Source: Octopus sinensis (Eukaryota). Taken from it: DNA of 64,000 nucleotides. The notes beneath the pieces are model-generated. The model worked only from the letters and a program-made list of their open reading frames with translations, ran no database searches and was not told the origin of the DNA. Of the stretch, positions 51,641-64,000 are shown piece by piece. The stretch spans positions 81,964,001 to 82,028,000 of the forward strand of contig NC_042998.1 in NCBI RefSeq assembly GCF_006345805.1, given 5' to 3'. The first letter of the stretch is position 1. Every line of letters begins with the position of its first letter. Made by a program: the position numbers and the translations under genes.

Positions 51641-52420
51641 GTGCTATATATATATAGAGAGAGGGATATAAATGATGGTCATTACATATTTTTCCTTTAT
51701 GTAATTACCATTAATTAGACCTTGTCTTGTATAACACTCTGTGTCAAATTCAGTTATACTTGAGGGCAAATACGCTTTTACAGCATACATTGGTGATAAA
51801 CTATAACACCGGACCCTGCCATAAGAATACTTGGAGTAATTTGCTAATCTAAACTATATTATTAGCCTGGTGTGCAAACAGAGAGCTTATGAAGTATTTT
51901 GCCCGAATTGATAATCTCTTAACAACAACTGTATATGTATATATAAGATTAGTGCTATCTTAAAAAAACAATATCTCGCAAAATGACGATTTGATAAATT
52001 AAACAAATGTTAGAAGCTGATATTTAAATACATCGTTTATGAATAATTCAGATGAATAATGTTTGTTAGTCTTAAACGTTGCATATGCCAAGGTAGAAGA
52101 TCTAGGTACATCGTTTATAATTAAAGGACACAAATAATACCTCAGAATATTATTTAACGTTAAGATTGTCCGAGATTCTAAAATATACTTAATTTAATTA
52201 ATATTTACATACTTCTTAAATTATGAATAATTCAGATAGATAATTTTTAATTGCATGTCTTCAACGCTGCTTATAGTAGTTAAAATATTTGGGTACGGTG
52301 TTTTTAATTAAAGATAACAGAATTTTATTTCAGAAAATTTATCTTAAGTTAAAACTAACCGACATTATGAAATATATTTAATATATTTTTTAAAAAGTTG
52401 TTATAAGTCATAAACATATA

Positions 52421-52527
<107 letters not shown>

Positions 52528-55500
52528 CAAAATAATCATAGTTAAAACTCTAAGATTCTAGTTGAATTACATGACTTATAATTTTAATAATCTTACTAAT
52601 ATATATTCACTGAAGTCTTGAGATATTCGAGCCAATTATTCCAAGTAAGATCAGACTGGTACAGAAGTGTGTTTCTAATAGGGTAGATATTTGAGCTATT
52701 GGCTAAGTTAATATGTGTAATGCAGAAAGTGCAAGAAGAAACATCGGAGGAAACGTCATTATATAATGAATTAAAATAATATTAATTATTGGCCAATACT
52801 TTAATTATTTATGAAGGCAATCACAGAAGACAGCCTCGGAGACATTTCGGTGTTATTGCAACTTCATCAGTGATGTAGTGATAGGATAGGGATTTAAGGG
52901 TAGGAAAATATAATTATATATTGAATAGTAATTTGATCAGTAACTCTATCGAGCATTGAAAAGGTAAACGTTATGAAGGGATGGGAATGATGTTTATATC
53001 CTAGAGATCTTGTATCAATCCATGGAAAAACTGGAAACCAACAATTCAAACTCAACAAAATATTTGTCAATTTATCGTATATGTTACTGCTTTTAAGAGG
53101 AGTAACTATAAGAGAGGAAAGTATTCATCAGGTGTTTTCCCTTGCACTAGGTTCTCAACTGTGAATCATAATACTGACGTTGCTATATAATACGTCGTAT
53201 CTTTAACATTAAAACCTGGTGGAGCTCAACCATTTTTAGATATTTTCACAACCGATCCGGAGGGAAGAGCGAGAACGAAAGAATCTTAGAAAGAAAGAGA
53301 ACCGGAAGTAATACCACGAGGTATTTTATTTTGCACCATATTACCAAGTTTTCGCTTTATATTCCATCTTGTTGGAATTACGTGCATATAAGTGACAGAT
53401 AACGAACCGAGTTTTCGACTATTTGAAGGTTCACCTTTAACTCAGTCATGAGTACTCTCATGCATAATATATATGTTGCGAAATATCCTCTGTGCACAAA
53501 TACATATGTAATAAAGTAAAATTACAAGGAATGACGGGTAAAAAAACAACCTAGAAGCAATACAAAAATGATATTGGGCAAAGTGCTGGAAAATAACAAA
53601 TAGAAGAAAAATATTGAATACTCTGTGGGGTTAGGTTGTTAGTCTAGCACACCGCTCAACGTGAAGCAGAGCGTGGTTCATCTGTACCACTGGTGGTGTC
53701 GTTTCTTAAGAAACTGCTCTTACAAACTTCCAAGATACAGATAACAGTTTCGCAGCGTGTAACCCTTGAGCACATCTAATATTCAGTAACACCACTACTG
53801 AACTGAAAGTATGCTTAGAATATTTCTTTTAAGAACCGGTGAGAAAAAAGGGTCCCAAAATTGTGATTAACTCGTCAGAAAGTTACTCTATACGTTGCCC
53901 TGTTATTTTATAGGTTTACATCATTTTATTCTTCAATTGTGCTCGACTCATAGAAAAAGAGGTTTTGAGAGGCTAAATCTAAAAGAATTGAATTCTATTT
54001 ATCTTTCCCACAGGTTTCAACGTAGAGATTAAACATAAAACATGAGCCATGATTTTATTTTCACCTTCATTAAATCAATCATTCCAAAAGCAATAAAACA
54101 GCTTTGCAAACTGGGGTCAATAATCTCCTGTACATCAACGTTGATAGAGTCCAATATTCCATAAATTCTCACGCCACCTACTTACTTGCAAATCACAAGT
54201 AAATCAAGAGGTTTCGGTTTGCTAAATTCTGTCTGCTAGAAACAGCAGAAGATTTTCAATTGAAGACCAGCGTCTTTACAAAAAGAACGATACAATGTTC
54301 TAGATACATTATACGCGATAAAAGAAAACTTGACAGATTTAGCTGGGGACATTTTTATCTGATATCTACTCAGTTCTTATAACAAGTCTAAAAAATATAT
54401 ATAACTTATTCCTTTCTGGAAGAGTGAATGCAGTAAACACTTCAAATACATTTCCCCTTAAACATAAGATTCTTTAATTTCACTACAATGTTACAGACAT
54501 AATTAACAAAGACCACTTATTAATCTATTCCCCTCAACACCAAATCTCCTAAGTTTTTCTACTTTTGATGCTGTTTACCGTGTTGTTTCACTCACAAGAT
54601 ATTATTCGACTTGGCCCCTTATTAAATTGGTGTAATGGTGGACGTGAGGGAGTTTATCGTTTTGAAATTATTATACTGACTGACTTCAACAAGTTCTTAG
54701 CCGACAGTTCTTAGCCAAAACTATTCTCTATTGCTTTAAACAATCCTATTTTTTTCTAGATTTAAATAGATTACAGTTTGCAGAAAGCAGGTTACTGCAT
54801 CCATTCCCAACGGAGACGGCTATGCAATTGATCAATAACATTCTACTGAGGATATATCTCAGCATCTGTCACACAAATTCCATACAACTACGTGGAGTTG
54901 TTGCTACATGCATACATATTCTAGACGACATGTAAGATAAAATGTAATCATTTGTTATTAACGGATTACCAGCAGAGTTCAACTATTACGTTAAAGGCAT
55001 ACTGCTTCCCCACCCCCGTCTTCTTGATTCGCAACTCTAACGACCTCATCTACGTCGGCTACAACAACTCTGCATCTTGCATTCCCCATCCATCCTAGAC
55101 TGTCGTCTGTGTTTTTTTGTTGTTGTTGTTGTCTTTCGTCATTTCTGCTGTCTCTCACTACTCACTACACTCGAAACGGTACAGCTTCTATCATTCTTTA
55201 AAAAACTGGCAATCATCAAAAACTCCCATACGATTTATGGTGTTGTTGTTGTTCGTGTTGATTATAATCACCTCTGGTGTAATCAGTCAAATATAGCACA
55301 AAGTCGAAGGAATTCCATAATGTATTTGAACAAGATATCCCGTGCCTCAGCCCATTTGAAGCATTTCAATAGCCAATATAATGAGACTATCAACACCTCG
55401 TGTGCTTTCTTTTTTTTTTGTTCTTTTCATTTTGTATGAAAGTAGGTTCTGCTGAAATTGCAGCCAATTATCCATCAAACTCCTCTTGTCTGTAAAGAAC

Positions 55501-56259
55501 TGCACGATGACTAATGGAGTCTTAAATATACAATATGGCCTATCAATGTTTTTCTCCTGCGTCGAGGGATAAAAACTAAGATTGAAGGTCAACAACACCG
55601 AAACATATAAAGTGGGACCAACCACGTTTGAGGAAACATACTTCGTCTACAACTAATTTGATAAACAAAATATGAGCTTAAACAGTTATTGTTGTACTCT
55701 ATTCTATGTACATTCTTTCAAATATTCAGTAATTTGTATGTCAGATGTATAAATTCACATAGCGGTGTTTCACTTTAGGTCATAGTGGCAAGGAACAAAT
55801 TAATATCGCACTCCAACAAAACATTCAATTAATCGATGTTTATATAAACTCAGTCAACTATGACGATACATCTCAAAATTATAATATATCATCCGTAGTC
55901 GAAACTAGAAATGTTTACTTTCTTCATCCAAAAGGAAATTATTCCACTGCTATAAACATATTATAAGTGGATTATTAATTGTACTATTTGTAAGAGTGTT
56001 AGAGGTTGTGGTGTTGTTCCGGGCAGTGTCAGCAGGATGGGTTGTGTTGTGGTTATGGTCTAAAGGAAGGGTATCTGTGCTGGAGCTGTGTGTGTGTTGA
56101 GTGCTCGTATTACTAAAGTTGTAGTTATGAGTTTTGATAGTAAAGCGAGAGCTTTTGTTTATTAGAGGCTGCTACAATAGATTCGAAATTGGGTGAGGTA
56201 GAATAAGATAGTTAAACGTTAACCTATGGTCCCACACTGGTGAAGTTATTACATGGTTC

Positions 56260-56605
56260 CATCTTCTAAAAATCAAAAACTCATATTCCTTCAATTCGAC
56301 ATAAATAATTACTACTCTTCTATTTATCCTAAACTCCTTAATCAAACTCTTCTTCTAGCTAGGAACTTTACTAATCTAACCCCACTAGAAATTAACATAA
56401 TACTTAAAACCCGCAAAACCCTTATTTCATTGAAAACAAACACTGGTGCCGGGCCAATAACTATAGCAATAACCATAGCAACCTATTTGACATAACCATG
56501 GGATCATCAGATTCAGCTCAGGACACTGACTTAGTTGGACTATATATACTACATCAGCTCCACATACACTTCCCTAACATCAAGGGAGGCCTATACAGGT
56601 ACGAA
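56260..56605 (+). mobile_element. Degenerate PLE RT fragment (same type as PLE2)
   Basis: IFLQFDINNYYSSI..EINIILKTRKTL, then FDITMGSSDSA..DLVGLYIL and GLYR in a shifted frame. Confidence 0.6.
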
Positions 56606-56611
56606 ATTTAG

Positions 56612-56778
56612 TGAGCGTGGGTGTTTGTTAAGACATGTGCTTCCCAACCACATGGTTGTGGGATCAACCCCATAGTGTGGACCCTTTTACCATAGCTCCG
56701 GGCCAATCAAAGCTTTTTGAGTGGATTTTGTAAAACGAAAGGGAAAAAATGTTTTATATATATGTGTGTGTGTCTGTG

Positions 56779-56865
<87 letters not shown>

Positions 56866-56940
56866 TGTGTCTAATATTCCCTACAAAAGTTTTTCACCCG
56901 GTGTTGGTTTCTTCGATCTTAACTTAGCGGTTTGTTGCTG
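56612..56940 (+). mobile_element. Old, degenerate SINE family A
   Basis: gcttcccaaccacatggtt.., gagtggattttgta, internal TA/TG tract, cttagcggttt. Confidence 0.6.
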
Positions 56941-57447
56941 GCGGTATTCCAGTGAATACATGCTGATGGTGCCATATAGGTGGAATTTATCGAATACCAA
57001 AATAATCTTTTCGCGCAGTTAATAATATAAAAGATGAAATGATATTGATAACTATTTCGATTTCAGCAGGAAGATTGCAATTTCTTGACCATATCGGGTA
57101 TTGGAACAACTATTAAGAACGGATAAATAAATCAGTCGGTTTAAAGAATGAAAAGTAAAACAACGAAAGATGAAAAACACAAGATATGAAGAATTACGAG
57201 CAGGATGAAGAAAGAAAGGATGATGTTCTTTTGTTTTTACCCGAAGAAAGCACATAAAGAAAAAGACAAGATGGCGATTAATGAAAAGAATATGTTATAG
57301 AGGTGGGAATTAAGGTGCTATGCAGTTGTGTCTGTGTGTGTTACGAAGGGGTGAATGGATACAAAAATGGTTCTTATGAAATGATTTTCTTTCCAAAACC
57401 TTTAATAAAAGCAAAAATAATAAGCATAGAAATAGTTACACGTACAT

Positions 57448-57486
<39 letters not shown>

Positions 57487-57500
57487 GATATATATATATT

Positions 57501-57577
<77 letters not shown>

Positions 57578-57677
57578 ACGTTATATATATGCATTTATTT
57601 ATTTATTATATGGATAGCATATACTCACACCGCACATACAGACACATATATATATATGTATATATATATACATAAAT

Positions 57678-57724
<47 letters not shown>

Positions 57725-58293
57725 TATACATACACACATATATATATATGTGTATATATATATAATATATATTATACATACACACACACTCACACACACA
57801 TTTGTATCGCATCGCTCGGTTTAACACCGGCGATGAAGACTATCTGCGGTCGTTCAACCTGCTGGCATTTCACAATACTCTATCACTGAAATCACACGCT
57901 ACCATCATAAAGAAAGCAGATATATCACTCCAGTTAATATAGATTTGGTTAAACTAAACCTTTGTTATTAAGACGATGGTCATGGGTGGAATAACTTTGT
58001 CTAAAGCTTATTCTTTTTTGAAATTATATGGATCTAAAAGTTTTTCATATATGCCTTTAGTTGTGTTTGCACTGCTACTCTCAAAGGAACAAGGTTCGTA
58101 GCTGTGAGTTATCGACAACGTGCCTCTAATACTGGCCGATTTACCCGTAAACAATTTAATGAACACACACCCAGGTATTACACAGCCATCTTCTCCGTTC
58201 ATACCTTATGGTGATTAAATTTTGTTTAATCTTTCTATCTGTCAATCTATCTATATATGTAATAAAATTTTGTGTGTATGTACACACACACAC

Positions 58294-58363
<70 letters not shown>

Positions 58364-58432
58364 TATATAATTTAACGAATGAGATAAAAAATCCAATGGT
58401 GTGAAAGATTTCAGAACATTTATGAATAGAAA

Positions 58433-58480
58433 GTCATACAGCTGTTTCAGGGATATTTTATATATCCCTTCATCGGAGAC
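58433..58480 (-). ncRNA. Minimal hammerhead motif of the 48.3-kb family
   Basis: gtct CCGATGA agggatat-ataaa-atatccct GAAA CAGCTG TA tgac. Perfect 8-bp stem II, palindromic stem III, U4C in the core. Confidence 0.65.
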
Positions 58481-58631
58481 GGTGTGAGAGGATGGTTAAG
58501 CAATAGTTATTCTAGATAAGATATGAAATAGAGAGTGAGGTGGAGGAATGAAAATTGACGTGAGGTATGCGGGGATATTGTATCTGCAGTTCCATTATTT
58601 AGACAGAATGATATACATATAAGATTCGTGT

Positions 58632-58667
<36 letters not shown>

Positions 58668-59411
58668 GGAACAAAAACGCAATAAAGGGCATTAAAACGT
58701 TCAGACAGATAGATGATATAAAGGCAGACATTAGATTCCTTGGAAGAAAGCAGCGAATATATAGACAAAAACAAGGACGGAAAAGGGCAAATGTTACTCA
58801 AATATAGTAAAAATAATAACAGGACATAACAACAGGTGTATTTCGACTAAGGACGAATTAAATTAAGGATTTCACTGGCACAGGGAAGAATATCGATTTT
58901 GTACGGAAAAAGGCCGGAGGAAGAAAGAAAGATCAGGCTTGGCCGAACGCCGGTCACGTGGGAAGAGAAGAGAGAGAAGTAGAGGCAGAGGGACAGAAGA
59001 ATTAAGGATGGGCGAGAAAAAATACAGGGGCACAGTGAAGTGAAAAGTGGAGGAATAGTGAGCAAGAAGAGAAAGCAAAGAAATGTGAGAGAGAGGAAAT
59101 GAAAGAACGAAGAGTGTAATGAACGAATAAGCGTAAAAAGACATAGAGTCATACAAGATTTAGAAATGTGTATACTTACATATAAGAGACCGCTATATAT
59201 TTGAATATGTATATGTAAAATACAAAATGGGGATGAATGCAAAACATCTGGACAGTTAGGTGATACAAAAATCGGACAACAAAACATCCAGATAGACGAT
59301 ACAAAGAAAATAAGGATGGATCATTCGAAGTTTTCTTTCCTCAGTCGAATACCAGATTATCTTTGCAATTTCGGCTGATTATACTCGAGATTGCTCCAAT
59401 CTGGCCAGCTC

Positions 59412-59600
59412 CTCTTTTTCTTTTACTTCTTTAAGTCATTTAACTGTAGCAATGTTTGGGCACATCCTTGATGGCCTTAAGTCGAACAAAACGATCTAAT
59501 TACTAATTTTTTGTTAGCTTGGTGCTTATTCTAAGTTACGGGTACGTAAACACACTAGCACCGGTTGTCAAGCAATAGTGCATGACAAACACAGACACAA
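59412..59600 (-). mobile_element. SINE family A 3' half, degenerate
   Basis: taagtcatttaactg.., ctaagttacgggtacgtaaacacac, ggttgtcaagc, acaaacacagacac. Confidence 0.65.
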
Positions 59601-59602
59601 TG

Positions 59603-59633
<31 letters not shown>

Positions 59634-59921
59634 CAAACGCACGCACCCACAAACATTAGTAAAGTATTGCAATAAAAATTCTTGGCAGTTATCAATTAAG
59701 CACTCAGTATAAAGGAATAAGTTGATATTCCGAACAAGTAGTTACAAGGAAATGTACGTAGAATACAAATCTCAGTGAAATCCGACTATATGTAGAATTT
59801 AAGAAATTCACAGTATTAGGAACAATCAATATATACGAAGAAAATCATTTCTTTATTTTAGATGACACCTTAAAATCCAACAATTGTTTTAGTTGCATTA
59901 CCTTATACATATATGCATTAT

Positions 59922-59974
<53 letters not shown>

Positions 59975-60290
59975 ATTTGCCATCAAGATGTAGGACAAGA
60001 TACTGTGATAGCCTGGGCTTCCGAGGCCCACAGCTCTTCAATATCCTCCCGAAGAACCTAAGAGACCTGCATGGGGTGGATGCAGATGTCTTTAAAATGA
60101 AACTAGATCCCTTCTTGTCAGGTATCCCAGATGAACCAACTTCACGGCAGGAGGTGCAGATGAGGGCAGCTGCAGCGAACTCTCTCATGCACCAAATGGC
60201 AGTTGCTAAAAAGCATTCGTGAAGTAAAACCATGTAGCAACACCAAATGGCGGTGCCCCAGCATGCCCACAGTTCGTGAGCTGAAACTAG
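59975..60290 (+). mobile_element. 3' end of the CR1-group LINE with a tail shared with SINE-A
   Basis: SLGFRGPQLFNILPKNLRDLHG..FKMKLDPFLSGIPDEP..ANSL; 3' UTR ggcggtgccccagcatg..ctgaaactag followed by (AATC)n. Confidence 0.85.
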
Positions 60291-61093
60291 AATCAATCAA
60301 TTAATCAATCATACATATCTCTCTGTATATATATATCATATAAATAATATAAAATACAAATGCATATATACATACACATATGTATATATCTACATATATA
60401 TATGTATATATACATGCATATATGGGCACAGGACATCCAAAAAACGTAGAGACAATGAGAAACGAAAATATAAAAAACAAAAACATAGAAAACTGAAAAA
60501 CAGAAACAGAGAAACAAGACATGCAAGATACAGAATATTCCCTTTATCAGTTGTCCCCTGTTTTATCTACTCCGCATTCGAAGGAAAAGACAATATGCGA
60601 TGTCGTTAAAACAGTCGTTCCTGCAAAGCAAATTAAATAAAATTTGGGATTTTTTGCGTAGGGTGAAAGTGGTAACAAAAACATGACAGTGAAAACAAAA
60701 CAGTAAAAGCAAACGGTAAAGGTTGCTAAGCCAAGATTATGTGAAGTTATGAACGCTGGAAAAGTGAACTTTGAGAAGAGACAGATAAAAGCACGTCTTG
60801 TCTTTAGGAAGGAAGTGGAAGAAAGAAAGATGGATGGCATTTCGTCATGTGTGAGCAACGAGAGAGTCAAGGAGGAAGAGTGAGAAAGAGAGAGAGAGAG
60901 AGAGAGAGAGAAAACGGCGAAGGGGAGAGGAGAAGAATATGGAAAGGGTGGGAGAGAAACACAGAAAGGAAGAAGAACAAGAGAGGGATATAGATAGACA
61001 GAGAAGAGATAAAATAAGAATGCGCATCGTAATTATTAAGATAAAACTTACTTGGAAAAGGATGCGTGGCGTTCGATTATATAGTAATATAAA

Positions 61094-61605
61094 TCTATAT
61101 ATATAAAACTCTAGTTGTGTGAGTGTCTGTCCCCTTCGATTTAGATTCCTAACTCCTCCTACATTTTGCGGTGCAGTTTAACCAAATTCGAGTATCTTAT
61201 AGTCGTGATTCATATCGAGCCCGTCTGACTATTAGCGCGCGTCAACGATGAGTCTACGATTTTAAAAATAATTTAACATCATTTTTTATTCCATTTTAAT
61301 GCATAAAATGCATCGTGTGTCGATGGCGGCGGAGTTGGCGTCCACGCTCACAGCTGCACCTGTTTGCTTCTCCCCCTTCCCTCCCTCGTGAAGCTGTGGG
61401 GAAGGGAGTGTAAAGAAATCAACGTCGTAATGCGTTGTGAAGGAGACCAGCGTTCTTTTAAAACAACGACTTCACGGCTTGAAGACACCAAAACAAAAAT
61501 GGCTAAAAAAGCCCGAATTGGCATCTATAAGGAATGTAACTCTCTAAAAATGCTTATATAGTTATTTCCCTTACAAACCCGGACAACGCCGGGCGATACT
61601 GCTAG
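61094..61605 (+). mobile_element. Non-autonomous Helitron (512 bp)
   Basis: A|TCTATATATATAAA 5' end, CCCGG-acaacg-CCGGG hairpin (61578-61593), CTAG|T 3' end. Confidence 0.85.
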
Positions 61606-61789
61606 TAATATATAAATATACGCATATATACATACATATATGCACATACCTACATATGTATGAATATATACATGCATATATGGGTACAGGACATCCCAAA
61701 AGACGTAGACACAATGAAAAACGAAAACATAAAAAGCAAAAACATAATTCATACACACACATACACACACTGTAAGAATTAAGATTATT

Positions 61790-62005
61790 ATATAATGGTT
61801 TCAAATTTTGGCACAAGGCAAACAATTTTGAAGGGGGTGGGTTATCAAATACATCGACCTCAGTGCACAAATGGTACTTGTTTTATCGATCCCGAAAGGA
61901 TGATATGCAAAATCGACACCATTGGAATTTGAACTCAGAACGTTAAGATGAACAAAATACCGCTAATCGTTTTGCCCGCTGTGCTAACGATTCTGTCAGT
62001 ACGCC
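61790..62005 (-). mobile_element. SINE family B (tail type 1)
   Basis: A/B boxes and core as at 3-kb; tail ..gtgccaaaatttgaaaaccatta. Confidence 0.8.
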
Positions 62006-62032
62006 CTACCTGTATTTAAGTTTATTATATGA

Positions 62033-62320
62033 TAGCAACAGCCTGGGTTTCAGGGGCATACAGCTTTTTAATATTCTTCCAAAGAGCCTCAGGATCCTGC
62101 ACAAAGTGGATGTAGGAGTTTTCAAATTCAGACTGGACCTCTACCTGTCGAGAGTCCCTGATTAACCTACCTCATGGCAAGAGGTGCAAGTGAGGGTAGC
62201 TCCATCAAACTCCATTCTTCACCAAGTGCTACATATTAGAGGAGGCTCTCAGTAAAAACAGTGTAGTAAAATGGCAGTGCTCCAGCATGGCCACAGCTCT
62301 AAGCTGAAACTGCGTAAGAA
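62033..62320 (+). mobile_element. Second 3' end of the CR1-group LINE
   Basis: SLGFRGIQLFNILPKSLR..FKFRLDLYLSRVPD; tail ggcagtgctccagcatggccacagctctaagctgaaac. Confidence 0.8.
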
Positions 62321-63071
62321 GAAATAAATTATTATAATGAATCATATATACGACTCTTGATAATCTCGATGGGTAATTAAAAGAATGAAAATTAGAGATA
62401 AGAATTCTACGTGATACTTAAACGAAGCTTAGATACTTTGCATCGCTAAAATTAATTACTTAATTCACTATATTACGCACTTGAATAGAAATCAACCTTA
62501 TTATATAATAATCAATTAAAAGATTATTATAATTTATAATTGAAGTATATAAGTTTCTATTAAGCATTACGTAGAATTATTAAGTTTTTATTCTTTAGTT
62601 ATCTATTAGGCATAACGTTGAATTCTTATCTAGAGTTTTGTTATTTACATATCCAGTGACGTCATCAATTTTGGTAGATAAATATGCTCGTTTACTACCT
62701 CAAGTTTCTTGTTTTCTTTTAAGTAGATTTCAAATTGTCAAAAAATATGGAATTAATATGGTATTTTATATTTTATTTATAAACTAATACAGTTATTCAA
62801 TGACGTCGCACTTTGATTAATGAATGAATGTCTAAAGTTAAATTTAGTTTGGTGTTTTGTTTTTGTTAGCGTCTTTTATCAGCTAAAAATTTATTCAGAT
62901 GTTCAGTTAGAATTTCTTCAATTTTGATTACCTTGATAATGTTACGTTGACAGAAATTGTTTCGTATATATTATTATTAATTTTAATGAAATTCATGTAT
63001 GAATGTATGTATGTATGTACGTATGTATGTATATATGTATCGTATGTATGTATGTATGTATGTATTGTATG

Positions 63072-63102
<31 letters not shown>

Positions 63103-63695
63103 GTGTGTGTGAGTACGTGTATATGTGTGTGTGTGTATGTATATATATATAGTATTAATAAACTAAAGGAATATTAATAGACTTTATTGGGTATAACACA
63201 TGTATACATGGCGCCCACAGCTCTTAATATACCTGGACTTGAGGAATTATGTTCGAATAACTTGTATCTGACATATGATCTTGCAATCGAGATCCTTATA
63301 CGTATATGTATATAGGTATATATATGCATATATATATATATATATGTGTGTGTGTATTATGTGTGTATATGCATATATGTGTACGTATATGTGTATGTGT
63401 ATGCATGTACATATATATATATGTATATGTTTGTGAGTGTGCGTGTGTGTATATATGTATACACGTATATATATTTACTTATACGTATATGCGAGTGTAT
63501 GAACAAGTGTGTATTTGTGTGTTAAGCTTTGCACGGACGTGTTTATCTGAGTATACGAGTTCCTATACGTATATATGTATATATTTGTCCATAGGTATGC
63601 ATATGCACGTGTATCTAGTTGTATTTATATGCCCATGCACTTGGATGTGCGTGTATGAGCACTCATGTATATGTGCGTATATATATCTGCATGCA

Positions 63696-64000
63696 TGGCT
63701 TGGCTTCGCGAACGAAGATCAGGAAGGCTGTCCACGTCGCGTGCATGCACGCTCATGACTGATAAGTCCAATATGGGAAAGGCAGGTCTGTGAGCAGTGT
63801 CCACAGACGAAAGTAACATCCGGTGTGGTGTCAGAGGCGGCTCGCGCCTTTCTCTTGCGTCTCTTGTCTTTAAGTGTGTCTCTTCTTTGTTCCTCAAACT
63901 TGCTGACTGCGTTGAAGATCGTGTGGCGCCAGACATCACAGTCCGTAGCCAGGTCTGACCAGCATTGGTGGTTAATTTGACATGCTGTTAGAGACTTCAT
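63696..64000 (-). mobile_element. RTE-clade LINE 3' end (runs off the right edge)
   Basis: ORF 63719-64000: WSDLATDCDVWR..FEEQRR..KRRKRKAR..CGHCSQTCLSHIGLISHERAC; short 3' UTR ending gcgaagccaagcca. Confidence 0.85.

Noticed and set aside
53300-53315. ACCGGAAGT ETS-like motif suggesting a promoter
   Set aside because: A single motif with no CpG island or other support.
54014-54045. Acceptor followed by GFNVE, resembling ARF-family GTPases
   Set aside because: The frame stops after 10 codons and no other ARF motifs are nearby.
54055-54240. Minus-strand frame of ~60 codons with a single stop (KPLDLLVICK*VGGVRIYGILD...)
   Set aside because: No recognisable family and ambiguous splice signals.
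59320-59410. CTGAGGA-containing hairpin in the repeat shared with 45460-45660
   Set aside because: No GAAA/stem III in the correct position; left as an unclassified repeat.

Overview
Eukaryotic, AT-rich, microsatellite-dense DNA made almost entirely of transposable elements. The SINE families and repeat landscape most resemble a coleoid cephalopod (Octopus-like); this is inference from recalled repeat sequences, not a search. No host gene, rRNA, tRNA or CRISPR can be supported, and most ORF-track entries are translations of simple repeats. Recognisable content: R4/Dong-type RLE LINEs sitting in (TAA)n tracts, three Penelope-like elements (PLEs, RT + GIY-YIG) plus an RT fragment, RTE, CR1-group and HERO-like LINE remnants, a Gypsy gag-protease remnant, mariner and Tc1 transposons, MITEs, a foldback palindrome, a non-autonomous Helitron and two tRNA-headed SINE families. 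The most notable system is a set of hammerhead-ribozyme motifs at PLE termini. These include two intact-looking copies in a 1.4-kb inverted repeat (32.1 and 37.3 kb) and an ORF-less miniature inverted hammerhead pair (48.3-48.6 kb). Hammerheads in PLEs are known in general; these particular families and the mini-element are unverified. All alignments were done by eye, and coordinates of degenerate elements are approximate.
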